Assembly (NCBI GenBank): GCA_045565775.1
Contig: JBJLES010000008.1
Location: forward strand, 177,408 to 241,407
Length of the DNA: 64,000 nt
Origin: Pseudohongiellaceae bacterium
Lineage (GTDB): Bacteria; Pseudomonadota; Gammaproteobacteria; Pseudomonadales; Pseudohongiellaceae
Direction of reading: 5' to 3'
Shown here one piece after another: positions 47,555 to 57,732 of this stretch (the stretch's first letter is position 1; each line of letters starts with the position of its first letter). The notes under the pieces were generated by a model. That model did no database searches and had not been told where the DNA came from. It saw nothing but the letters and a program-made list of their open reading frames with translations. Both the position numbers and the translations under genes were made by a program.

Positions 47555-49029
47555 ATGATATTTATCACCAAAGGGGGTAGTATTTTTAGTATGAAATTTT
47601 TAATAGATATGTGCTTAATGGGAACTAAGTCGGTTTTAGCAAGACTTTTCTTTCATCCTAGTAACCGTTTTCGTACTTTGTTATGCCTTGCCTTGTTCTT
47701 AATAAGTTTTGTTGAAGCTAATGCTCAGCAATTCCAGGACACAAGCCTAATGGTTATTCAGAACGCTAGAATTATTATTGGTGATGGTTCTGTAATCGAA
47801 AATGGATCGTTACAAATAGAAGGCGATTCGGTTGTGCAAGTTTCAGTTGAGATGCTGGAGCCTGATAATGCTCAAATAATTAATGCTACCGGCAAGACGA
47901 TCATCCCAGCATTGATTGATGGTCACTCTCACCTCGGCTATCAGGGGAGAAGTGATTGGGGTGCACACAACTATGGATTGATAAATCTCATCGACAATCT
48001 TGAACAATATGCATATTACGGCTTTAGTGCTGTCTTTTCTGCAGGAAGTGACTCTCTAACAGTAATGGATAGCGTTGAGAAAGAGCGAAGAGCGGGCAAG
48101 TTCAATGGACCTCGCATTCTTTTCGCGGCAGGGATGGCGCCCCAAACCAAGGACCAAATGATCAATTTCTCACTCATGCGTTGGCCGTGGAAAGACGGTT
48201 TGGAGAAATAATTCTATATGGTTTGGAAGATCCGGCTCAGGCGCGAGAGCAGGTTAAAATTGTTTTTGAGAAAGGTTTTAAATTCATCAAGATTTGGGTT
48301 GATGATAGGGGCGGTAGTCAATCAAAGTTGAGTCCCGAGATATACGCCGCTGTCATCGATGAGGCTAGTGACCTTGGTCTCAAAGTATTTGTGCATCAAC
48401 AGTTCGCTGCAGACATGCCGCCACTCCTGTCCGCTGGTGCTCATGGTTTTTTACATGGGCGTATTGGTTCTGATTTAGGGGAAGGTATTGCGAATCAAAT
48501 TCGAACTGCTGGCGCTTTTGTTGTGCCCAACTGGGGACTCGGAGAACTTAGGCAGGAAGCGATTGGAGAAGATGACTTTCTTAATCAAATATACTCTGCA
48601 GAAGAAATGAGCGGACTCACAAAAAACTTCAGTCGGCGATACGCGAAGTTTCGTAATTCAAATGAGCTTGAGGTCGAATTGGCGAGTAGCTTTATGAGTA
48701 TGCTCGACGTGGGCGTTGACATAGTTTTGGGAACTGATGCTGGGGCTGTTCCAAACCATCCTTTTGGATATACAGGACATCGAGAGTTAGAAATTTATGT
48801 CCGTCTAGGAATGTCGCCAATGCAAGCGATAGTTGCTGCAACGAGCAATGCAGCTAAGCATCTTGGCTTAACCGACCTCGGGTTGTTGAAAGCTGGCTAC
48901 AGCGCTGATTTTATAATACTCGACGAGAACCCCTTGGAGGAGATTCGTAACACGAGAACCATCGATAGTGTGTATTTATCTGGAAATAAAATCGACAGAG
49001 CCGCGTTACAACGAGGGTGGAATCCTTAG
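47555..49029 (+). pseudogene. Amidohydrolase-family protein with an interrupted reading frame (one base missing)
   Basis: The N-terminal ORF 47555-48211 carries IPALIDGHSHLGY (HxH metal site). The C-terminal part continues in frame 1, open from 48079 (ORF 48181-49029, DIVLGTDAG). Total length is 3n+2. The likely site is the C4 run at 48140-48143, and restoring a C gives GMAPPNQGPND. Confidence 0.75.
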
Positions 49030-49095
49030 GCATTGACGCATTTTTTGCTGGTTAAAAATTCGACCCTGTCGTTGATCGTGAAAGAGGCTATATGT

Positions 49096-49584
49096 ATGGC
49101 AGAAGAAATAGATGTTGATTTTGATCCATTAAAACATCAGCTGACCGAAACGCGATATTTTGAGGACCTTGTAATTGGTGAACGGTTTCTAATCCCTTCC
49201 CGGACATTAGGAGACGCAAATTTTTCAGCGTTCCAGGCATTATCATTAGATAATCATCCGATTCATTATGATATTGAATATTGTAAACGAAAAGGGCATC
49301 GCGATCTTCTAGCTCACGGCTTGCAAGTATCAGCCTTATGCGCGCCAGGAGCAGGAATGTTGCCACATGAGTTGCACGAGAGTCTCATAGGGTTAGTTGA
49401 ACAAAGTGCTAAATTTTTAAAGCCAGTTTACAGAGGGGATACCGTGTATCCAGCTCTCCAAATAACAGAGTTAACCCCCTCTAAAACGACTGGCGTAATT
49501 AAATTGCGTACGACAGTTCATAATCAAGAACATCAGCTCGTGTTGGACGGGTTTCAAAAAATGCTAGTCAGTAAGCGTCCATAG
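49096..49584 (+). CDS. MaoC-like (R)-hydratase / hotdog-fold protein
   Basis: LSLDNHPIHYD and HGLQVSAL motifs. The ATG at 49096 is 8 nt after AAAGAGG (the ORF is open from 49033). Confidence 0.78.
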   Translation: MAEEIDVDFDPLKHQLTETRYFEDLVIGERFLIPSRTLGDANFSAFQALSLDNHPIHYDIEYCKRKGHRDLLAHGLQVSALCAPGAGMLPHELHESLIGLVEQSAKFLKPVYRGDTVYPALQITELTPSKTTGVIKLRTTVHNQEHQLVLDGFQKMLVSKRP

Positions 49585-49628
49585 TTGCTAGTTTAGTTTC
49601 GTGATTTCTGTACGTAACTGTTTCTAAC

Positions 49629-50225
49629 CTACCCGATCTCAATTCTACCCATGTGGTAAAACTCTTCGTTTGGACGTATATTGGCCATGTTCGCTAATCT
49701 GTTTGAGAGAGCAAAAAAGGCCGCGATGGACCCAATATCCCAAACATCTTGATCACTGAATCCATGCTGGGCTAGCGCTTGAATGTCTTCGTCTGAAATT
49801 GTATTGGCATGCCGAGAGACCTTAACTGCGAAATCCAGCATTGCTCTTTGTCTATCGGTGATATCTGCTTTTTTGTAGTTTGTTGCAAGTTGATCCGCAA
49901 TCAGCGAGTTCTTTTCGCGAATTCTTAGAATTGCGCCGTGCGCTACTACGCAGTAGAGACACTCGTTAAGTGCCGAGGTTGCTACCACGATCATTTCTCT
50001 CTCTCCTTTTGAGATGCCTGACTCCTTGTTCATTAGTGCGTCGTGATAGTAGAAAAAAGCTCTGAATTCCTCAGGACGGTGAGCAAGAGCTAAAAATACA
50101 TTTGGTATAAAACCAGACTTATCTTGGGTCTCGAGGATCTTGTTCTTTAGGTCATCGGGCAGCGTATTTATATCAGGAAGCGGAAAAAGGCTTACTCTAT
50201 CGTTTTTCATTATGATCGGTTCCAC
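49629..50225 (-). CDS. Carboxymuconolactone decarboxylase / AhpD-like peroxidase-related protein
   Basis: The CLYCVVAHG (C-x2-C-x2-H) motif within a 198 aa helical protein. Confidence 0.78.
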   Translation of the reverse strand: MEPIIMKNDRVSLFPLPDINTLPDDLKNKILETQDKSGFIPNVFLALAHRPEEFRAFFYYHDALMNKESGISKGEREMIVVATSALNECLYCVVAHGAILRIREKNSLIADQLATNYKKADITDRQRAMLDFAVKVSRHANTISDEDIQALAQHGFSDQDVWDIGSIAAFFALSNRLANMANIRPNEEFYHMGRIEIG

Positions 50226-50309
50226 AAATTATAGGTTTGTGTGCTATATAGTACTGAAATTTCCCTAAAAGCACGATAAAAATATTCGAATTAAGACTTA
50301 TGGAATTAC

Positions 50310-50332
50310 AAAAGGGTCATGTAGACCCTTTT
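50310..50332 (-). terminator. Putative terminator downstream of the 688 aa PQQ dehydrogenase
   Basis: AAAAGGGTC-ATGTA-GACCCTTTT hairpin about 100 nt beyond the stop at 50428. The T-tract is part of the stem. Confidence 0.45.
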
Positions 50333-50427
50333 ATAAAATTCATCTGAGTTCGGTTATCTGCCTACTTTAAGTAGAATTCTTTGCTTGAAGCTCAAAAAGC
50401 AACATCACTTGGAGAGATTAACTTTTT

Positions 50428-52494
50428 TCAATCCAAGCGAAGGCTATAGGCCACTAGCTGACCTGGCGTTTGTAATACAATTCTCTGCTTTCCGTCATGC
50501 TCAAAAGTCATCATGCCATACATTCCAAGCCCTGGAGATTCAATGCTCCCTATGCGCGCGCCAGTTTCTTTGTTTATGGCAAACATATAAGGGGTCTGGC
50601 CGTCATCACCTATAGCTGTATGAAGCAGCATGCTTGGCGTGACCATCAAGGCGGAGTGATTGATATTGCCAGTGGGAGGAATATCCAGGCCTTGCAAGGC
50701 TGGGTGCTCTTGGACGAATCGAGGAGTCCCGCCGTTCGGGATCCACCATAAATGCTCTCCCGTGTTAAGGTCAATCGCCGTAATTCGGCTATAAGGAGGC
50801 TTCTCGAGGGGCAGGCCCTGAGGGCCTCGGACGCCATTAGGTGTGCCCATTCCAACTGCATAGTCGGCTATTGTGAGTCCGGTTGGGCGTTCTAGTAGTA
50901 TGTCTCTTTCCTCTCCCGGGACTATCGTTCGCCACCCACAATTCGTCCTCGAAATGGTGTAAATAATACCTGTTGAGGGATCTGCTGCGGGAGGACCAGT
51001 AATATTAGTTCCGCCGAGCTCACCAGGGCACCAAATAGACCCAATGAGCCCTTCAGGATTGTCTTTTTGCATTGGGGGGTTAAAGATCCCACCAAGTTGA
51101 TAGTCGGCCACAATTTCTAAGGCCTCTTCTCGAAGCTCCGGGGTGTAATCAATCAAGCCATCGGTGGTGAGTTCTTGAATGTCATACGGGGCGGGTTTAG
51201 TAGGAAATGGCTGAGTTGGTGATAACTTCTCACCGGGAACATTTGACGAGGGAACCGGCTTTTCTACAATGGGCCAAATGGGTTCGCCCGTTTCACGGTT
51301 AAACGAATATAAAAAGGCTTGTTTAGTCGCCTGGAAGACGCCGGGGATCGTCCGCCCGTCTACTTCAACATCCATTAAAAGGGGTGCAGTGGGAGTATCA
51401 TTATTCCAAACATCATGATGCACCATTTGGAAATGCCAGGCTCTCTCGCCACTATCTGCATTCAGCGCAATCAAGCTCGCACTGAACAAATTATCTCCAG
51501 GCTGAAAACCTCCATAAAAATCAATGGTCGCTGCGTTTGTTGGTATATAAACAAGGCCTAATTCAGGGTCTGCGGATAACGGAGCCCACGAGGAGACATC
51601 ACCAGTGTATGACCATGCATCGCTTTCCCAGGTCTCATGCCCGACTTCGCCGGGGCGGGGTATCACATGAAACTTCCATTTAAATTCGCCGGTGAGAACG
51701 TCATAACCTAGAATGTCGCCGGGCACGTTCTCAGTCCTAGTTTGGTTGTATCCCTGCTCGGCTGAATTGCCTACAACAATTGTGTCGTTAACCACGATAG
51801 GTGGGGACGAATTAGTTATGTAGCCTAGTTCTAAGGGGATACCGATATTAGGATCATATTCCTGACCGGAATTTAGCCAGGGGCCCCAGTCCTGAACAAG
51901 ATCAGGAATCATGTCGACAACGCCAGTCTCCTCAAAGCCATCAAGTGGGACTGGTTTTCCCCAGTCTTCCAGAGGCTTACCGGTTTCAGCGTCGAGTGCG
52001 TAAAGAAAAAAAGCTGGTGTAACGATTAGAACAACGCCACGACCTTCAATCTCGGTATAAGCGATGCCCTTTCCCCAAGGAGCTCGCATAGAATATTCCC
52101 AGCGAAATGTGTTAGGCTCGCGAAAACTCCACAGAGTCTCTCCAGTGTTAGGGTCTATTGAGACAACATGACGTCTGGCTCCGGCCACTGTGAACAGTTT
52201 CCCGTTTGCATATACTGGTGTTGATCGGGGTGGAGTTGAACCAAAACTTGCATCGTTCCAGCTCCATTCGATTTCGAGATCCTCAAAATTTTCAGAAGTG
52301 ATCTGATTTAGAGGCGTTGATCGGGTATGACCGGCGTCACCGCCAATATACCGCCAGTCTCCTGGGCTTGGTCTAAAGTTAATTTGTTGGGCAGATATCG
52401 ATACGCAAGCTAAACCCAAAGTTAGCGCGCAAAGGAGGCGCACCATCTTGGGTAAAATTCTTGATGTATCGAGGGCAAATGGGACGCTATTCAC
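50428..52494 (-). CDS. Soluble periplasmic PQQ-dependent dehydrogenase (glucose/quinate-dehydrogenase-like beta-propeller)
   Basis: 688 aa with a signal peptide. Repeated W-containing propeller blades, and a VHHDVWNND segment aligning with HHDLWDMD of membrane glucose dehydrogenase. Confidence 0.82.
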   Translation of the reverse strand: MNSVPFALDTSRILPKMVRLLCALTLGLACVSISAQQINFRPSPGDWRYIGGDAGHTRSTPLNQITSENFEDLEIEWSWNDASFGSTPPRSTPVYANGKLFTVAGARRHVVSIDPNTGETLWSFREPNTFRWEYSMRAPWGKGIAYTEIEGRGVVLIVTPAFFLYALDAETGKPLEDWGKPVPLDGFEETGVVDMIPDLVQDWGPWLNSGQEYDPNIGIPLELGYITNSSPPIVVNDTIVVGNSAEQGYNQTRTENVPGDILGYDVLTGEFKWKFHVIPRPGEVGHETWESDAWSYTGDVSSWAPLSADPELGLVYIPTNAATIDFYGGFQPGDNLFSASLIALNADSGERAWHFQMVHHDVWNNDTPTAPLLMDVEVDGRTIPGVFQATKQAFLYSFNRETGEPIWPIVEKPVPSSNVPGEKLSPTQPFPTKPAPYDIQELTTDGLIDYTPELREEALEIVADYQLGGIFNPPMQKDNPEGLIGSIWCPGELGGTNITGPPAADPSTGIIYTISRTNCGWRTIVPGEERDILLERPTGLTIADYAVGMGTPNGVRGPQGLPLEKPPYSRITAIDLNTGEHLWWIPNGGTPRFVQEHPALQGLDIPPTGNINHSALMVTPSMLLHTAIGDDGQTPYMFAINKETGARIGSIESPGLGMYGMMTFEHDGKQRIVLQTPGQLVAYSLRLD

Positions 52495-52750
52495 TTGGAT
52501 CCTCCTTTCAGTTCACTCTTGCTGGCTAAAAGAGTTACGTGAGGTTTTTATTTTTGTAGTAAAGGAGAATAATGAAATTTTATTGACCTGTAAAAGCAAT
52601 TACGCCTGGTTAGGTGAAGATTGCGGTTATAAATCAATTTAACACTTAATTTTTGGCACTTTTCATAAATATAAATCGTCGATGGCCTTGCAGGCATTGG
52701 GTGTTTAGATCGAAAATCGGGGTCATAAATCTTTTCGGGAGGGTCACACT

Positions 52751-54688
52751 ATGATTAAGCCAAAAAAGGGCAAGGGGATTAGTCGTCGGGATTTTCTAAA
52801 TGGGGCAGCGATAGGTGCGGCGGCGAGTGGGTCGATTGCTCCTCTGGAGTCAATGGCTCAAGGATTATTGAATTCCTCCTCGGAAATTCCGTCCGGATAC
52901 TACCCTCCAGCTCTTACTGGGCTACGCGGTAGTCACGAGGGCTCGTTTGAGGTTGCTCACGGATTTCGCGATGGTGAGACTTGGGATGCCGCAGAAACAG
53001 GAGAGCGAGATTATGACCTTGTGATCGTCGGCGCTGGAATTAGCGGGCTTGCAGCCGCATACTTCTATCGAAAACAAAACGGCCCAGACTCGCGTATTCT
53101 ACTTCTGGACAATCATGATGATTTTGGGGGGCACGCTAAAAGGAATGAGTTTTGGCATGAGGGAAGGATGTACCTCGTAAATGGAGGTACTCTTAACGTT
53201 GAGGCGCCGAGCCAATATAGTACGATTGCTGCTGGGTTGCTGTGGGAACTGGGAATTGATCGAACCAGATACTTTGAAAAAAACAGGGATATGTTTTCGA
53301 TCTATAGAAAAATGGGCCTCAAATCCAGCTTCTTTTTCGATAGCGAATCTTTTGGTGAGGATAGGCTCATAGTTGGTTACGGAGCCGGGCCAATTCGCGA
53401 TTCTATTGCTCAGTCCCCGCTCAGCGATAAAGCAAAGGATGATGTTGTTCGGCTCTACGAAACGACGGAGAATTTTTTCCCTGGGCTAGATGCACAAGAC
53501 ACTCGGGACCGTCTCGGCAAGATGAGTTATCACGACTATCTCGTTAATATTGTCAAAGTAGACCCCATAGTTGTAAAACTCTTTCAGGCTTCTTTCCATG
53601 GGTCTTTTGTTGTGGGTCCAGATGCAATTCCTGCAATCTATTTTAGGGACAATGGTTATCCGGGTTTTGGAGGTTTAGATTTAGGGGACTTGCCGAGAGA
53701 TCTACTGGTAAACGAGGCAGGCGGACAGCATGGTCGAGAAAACTTGGCCAGGGCCCGCGAAGGCGACCCTGATATGTATTTCCCAGATGGGAATGCGACT
53801 ATAACCCGTTTGTTGGTTCGATCACTTATACCTGGAACGTTGCCGGGAAAGGACGTTGATGACGCGTTAACTGCGATATTAAATTACCAACAGTTAGATA
53901 AATCACAAAACGCTTGCCGCATTCGCTTGAACAGTTTTGTGACCGATGTGAGAAATGAGGTAAATGGCGGAGCGAAAGTGACTTATGTGAATGGAGGTAG
54001 GGCACATTCGGTGAAAGGAAAGAATGTCATTTTGGCGTGTTGGAACACCATAATTCCTTATATTTTTCCGGAAATTTCAAGTAAGCAAAAAGCAGCCCTT
54101 GCTTATGGAACTAAATCCCCTTTGGTCTACTCTGGGGTATTGCTCGCTAACTGGCAATCCTTTGTGCGAGCAGGGATATCTGGAGTGACTGCTCCAGGCA
54201 AAACATTTTCACGGTCCAGTTTGCAAGCTTCAGTAAGTATGGGTGACTACTCAGCGAACAGAAATCCAAATAAGCCAGTGGTCTTGCGTATGTCCGCGTA
54301 TTTTGATGCACCTAATCAAGGCTTAAATCGTCGCGAGCAACATCGAGTCGGTAGGAATGAAATGTTAAAAACTTCGTTCAATGATTTCGAGTTCATGATC
54401 AGAGACAAACTCTCGCGCGTACTGGGTCCCCATGGGTTTGATGATGAAAGAGATATTTTAGGGATTACCGTCAATCGTTGGCCCCATGGATATACTTACT
54501 CTTATAACCCGCTGTCCGATTCTGAGAAGTGGGCATATACGACGAGTGATGACCGTCCCTGTGTTGTAGGGAGGCAGAGAGTGGGCAGGGTTGCTATCGC
54601 GAACGCCGACGCATCGGCAAGTCCGCATACTGATGCTGCTATTAACGAGGCTTATCGAGCTGTAGGTGAAATAAGGAGTTTGGGTTAG
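52751..54688 (+). CDS. Tat-exported FAD/NAD(P)-binding oxidoreductase (amine-oxidase-like)
   Basis: Twin-arginine signal SRRDFLNGAAIGAAASG. Dinucleotide-binding motif DLVIVGAGISGLAAAY followed by LLDNHDDFGGHA. Confidence 0.75.
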   Translation: MIKPKKGKGISRRDFLNGAAIGAAASGSIAPLESMAQGLLNSSSEIPSGYYPPALTGLRGSHEGSFEVAHGFRDGETWDAAETGERDYDLVIVGAGISGLAAAYFYRKQNGPDSRILLLDNHDDFGGHAKRNEFWHEGRMYLVNGGTLNVEAPSQYSTIAAGLLWELGIDRTRYFEKNRDMFSIYRKMGLKSSFFFDSESFGEDRLIVGYGAGPIRDSIAQSPLSDKAKDDVVRLYETTENFFPGLDAQDTRDRLGKMSYHDYLVNIVKVDPIVVKLFQASFHGSFVVGPDAIPAIYFRDNGYPGFGGLDLGDLPRDLLVNEAGGQHGRENLARAREGDPDMYFPDGNATITRLLVRSLIPGTLPGKDVDDALTAILNYQQLDKSQNACRIRLNSFVTDVRNEVNGGAKVTYVNGGRAHSVKGKNVILACWNTIIPYIFPEISSKQKAALAYGTKSPLVYSGVLLANWQSFVRAGISGVTAPGKTFSRSSLQASVSMGDYSANRNPNKPVVLRMSAYFDAPNQGLNRREQHRVGRNEMLKTSFNDFEFMIRDKLSRVLGPHGFDDERDILGITVNRWPHGYTYSYNPLSDSEKWAYTTSDDRPCVVGRQRVGRVAIANADASASPHTDAAINEAYRAVGEIRSLG

Positions 54689-54747
54689 TTAAAACAAGGT
54701 TGAGGTAGATCAGCGGCCCCGAAAACTCAGAGCCGCTTAATTTTGTC

Positions 54748-56392
54748 TTAATCGTCTAAACCAAACGTATATACAACGTTCCCGGAAGCGATAGTTACAT
54801 ATTGCTCGCCATCAACTTCATAGGTTATCGGTGCGGCATGGACTCGCCTCCCCAAGCTGATGTTCCATAGCTCTTCGCCGGTATTAGCGTTAAGGGCAAA
54901 GAAATAGCCATCAGCTGTCCCACTAAACAAAAGCTCGCCTGATGTGGTAGTGATACCAGCAGAGGAGCGAGGCATTATTGGAAACTCCCATACAGTCTCT
55001 GTGGTGGTTGGATCTACGGCGCGAATCCAGCTCTTAAAGGCGTCCATAGGTCTATCATAGCGGCCGCCACCACCCGTGTATCTCTCACCCTCTTCATAAT
55101 CTTCGTCTCTCTTAAAAAAGACTTGTTCACCGTCAAACGCGGTGACATAGAAAAGGCCAGTATCCGGACTAAACCCCGGGGAGTACCAATTGGTGCCTCC
55201 AGTAATCGGTGGTGAAACCATTATGCCTTCGTAGGTTGGAGCCATCCCGGGAACACGCACGGGCCGCCCGTTGGCGTCTAGTCCCTGCGCCCAAGTTTGC
55301 GTTGCAAACGGACTAGCTTTAAGGAACTCGCCATCGGCGGCATCGATGCTGTAGAAAAACGCGTTTCTGTTAGCCCACATCATGACTCGCCGGTCTTGAC
55401 CATCAATGTTCAAATCCGCGAGGATAGGAACCTGTATCGCATCCCAATCGTGGACATCGTGCGGCGTGAATTGGAAATACCAGTCGATTTCACCTGTATC
55501 TCCGTTCAACGCGAGTGCTGAATCTGAATAGAGATTATCGCCCAGCCGAACATCACCATTCCAGTCCGGCCCAGGGTTTCCAGTACCCCAATAAATGAGA
55601 TTGAGGTCTGGGTCATATGCGCCTGTGATCCAGGTTGCTGACCCACCAGTCTTCCAGCTATCCCCAGACCAGGTATCGTCTCCAAACTCACCCGGCTCGG
55701 GAATTGTGTATGTGCGCCAGGCAAGTTCTCCGGTGTCAGCATGATAAGCATCAATAAAGCCCCGAATCCCGAACTCACCGCCGGCAATACCTGTGACTAC
55801 TAGATCTTTGACAATTAGAGGTGCAGCAGTTTTAGAGTAACCAGAATCATGTTTTGCTACCTCGACATCCCAGAGTAAGTTTCCTGTGCGAGCGTCGATG
55901 GCTACAAGATGAGCGTCTAAAGTGCTCATAAAAAGTGTTTCGCCAAGAATTGCTACACCGCGGTTATTCCGGCCACAACAGATTCGGAGATCCTCTGGGA
56001 GCTCATGGTTGTATCTCCAGTACTGACGCCCAGTTCGTGCATCGACCGCGACTACATTGCTTGGGGCCTCCGTAATGAACATTATCCCATCAACTACCAA
56101 AGGCACGGTTTCCGCTCTATCAATTTCCGGAATTTGGTAGGCCCATTTCAGCTCTAACTCGTCAACATTGTCTATGTTAACTTGGGTCCAGAGAGCTGTG
56201 CCTCTGGGCGTCGAGCGATCCAGAGTACATTAACCAGTTTTGGGGCTCCTCCTTTGCATTAACTAACCGCTCCCATGTGATGGGCGAGAAGGCAGGGGTC
56301 ATTACGGTTTCAAACTCCTGCTCTTGCGCCGAAGCCTGAATATTAATTGTTGCTATTAAAAATCCAACAAACGTGAAAAGCACGCGTTTCAT
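54748..56392 (-). pseudogene. PQQ-dependent alcohol/methanol dehydrogenase family (XoxF/PedH-like) with an interrupted reading frame (one extra base)
   Basis: ORF 56177-56392 encodes the signal peptide and the typical N-terminus (EPQNWLMYSGSLDAQRHSSLD). The other frame continues as QVNIDNVDELELKWAYQ...VPLVVDGIMF into ORF 54748-56106. A vicinal CC is present (RICCGRNNRG). Length is 3n+1, and the break is at the GGG run at 56184-56186. Confidence 0.8.
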
Positions 56393-56393
56393 A

Positions 56394-57236
56394 CTAGTTC
56401 TCCTCTCTTCGCAGAGAAAATAGGTAGGCGACTAAATCGTCTAGTTCGTTTTCTGACATCGAGCCGTCGTAGCTAGGCATTGTCGATCGCTCAATACGCT
56501 CAATAGATCGAATATCGTTCTTTTGATAGGACCAAAGATTCGAGTCGGTGTCCATGATGCGCACTGAGAAGCTGTCTTCACCCATTCGGAATCCTGACCT
56601 AGTGATCCCGTCGGGGCCGGTGATTTCCAAAGTCCACCAACGTGGATCAACATCTTTATGCGGGTTGGTAATTGCCACCATTAAGTCTTCGGGTCGTGTG
56701 CTTTCTCCAACACGCGACAAATCCGGCCCTAACCTGCCGCCGTTACCTCTCACCATGTGGCATGAGGCGCACTCGCCTTTACCCTGGAATAGGGCAAGTC
56801 CAGAGTCAGCACTACCGTCTAGCTGAACTGAATTCGGATCGTATCTCAAGGACTCTATGTAGGCTACAAGCTGCCAGACTTGTGTGTCAGGCAAATCTGC
56901 GTCGACTGGCAGCATTGCGGTACCAGGCACACCGTTTCGAATTACGTTAAAAATCCCAACTTCATTGCTCGCCCGGTTTAAGCGACCGGTCAGGTCTGGC
57001 GCGCCGGTTTCGTCATTGCCTTTTGCGTCGAAGCCGTGGCATCGCGAGCATTGTCTCTCGAAGTATCTCTCACCGAGGCTCACATCATAAGGCGTGTTAT
57101 AAAGCGCACCCGCGTCCTCAGCCAAACTTGGCAAGCTAGTTAAGATGAATGGTAGCGCGGAAACATACATCAGGCGTTTCCACAGTAAATGTGCTTGATT
57201 AAGCATATCCGCTCCTTCCTCCAATATTAGTCCCAC
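56394..57236 (-). CDS. Dihaem c-type cytochrome
   Basis: Two CxxCH motifs (CSRCHG, CASCHM). The second domain has the long insert and MPSY...ELDDLVAYL ending of the Pirellula/Verrucomicrobium-type haem-binding domain. The stop lies 1 nt before the PQQ-ADH start. The true start may be 57206. Confidence 0.85.
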   Translation of the reverse strand: MGLILEEGADMLNQAHLLWKRLMYVSALPFILTSLPSLAEDAGALYNTPYDVSLGERYFERQCSRCHGFDAKGNDETGAPDLTGRLNRASNEVGIFNVIRNGVPGTAMLPVDADLPDTQVWQLVAYIESLRYDPNSVQLDGSADSGLALFQGKGECASCHMVRGNGGRLGPDLSRVGESTRPEDLMVAITNPHKDVDPRWWTLEITGPDGITRSGFRMGEDSFSVRIMDTDSNLWSYQKNDIRSIERIERSTMPSYDGSMSENELDDLVAYLFSLRREEN

Positions 57237-57417
57237 TTAGAGATCTAGTGTAACACCAGCATAATTCGATGCAATCGCATAAGCTTTGGGGGCTTACCTA
57301 GTGTTGTGCCGCATATGAATAACTTAAATTAGAGCAATAAAAGATTCAGTTGAATAAATTGTGCGCTATGTGCCGCTGCAGAAGCTGGGACACGAGCTAA
57401 ATCAGTGGCAATGACAA

Positions 57418-57732
57418 TTAATTTCGGGCGGCATAAGCTCCAATCGCCGCAAATCCTATCGCATCGACTCGCTCAGCGTCCCTTGAGTAAAAACTAATAG
57501 AATTATCTTCATTCACCCAGTGTTCAATCTCTCTCGACAGGAGTTCGTTTATGATGTCCTGTCGAATCTCAGAATTTCGCACATTAAAACTTTCGATTTG
57601 TAAATTATCGCTTGGAAGCGGACTTAAGGTTGGAGCAGGATCCTGAGTGCAGCTGGAAACGACTAGTAAAGCCGCGATAGTCATTATTCTCAGGGTCTGT
57701 TCAATCATTCGGCTGATTAGGATACAAATCAA
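57418..57732 (-). CDS. Small putative lipoprotein, hypothetical
   Basis: Lipobox-like LLVVSSC. The start overlaps the stop of 57729-58766 by 4 nt (ATGA). Confidence 0.45.
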   Translation of the reverse strand: MICILISRMIEQTLRIMTIAALLVVSSCTQDPAPTLSPLPSDNLQIESFNVRNSEIRQDIINELLSREIEHWVNEDNSISFYSRDAERVDAIGFAAIGAYAARN

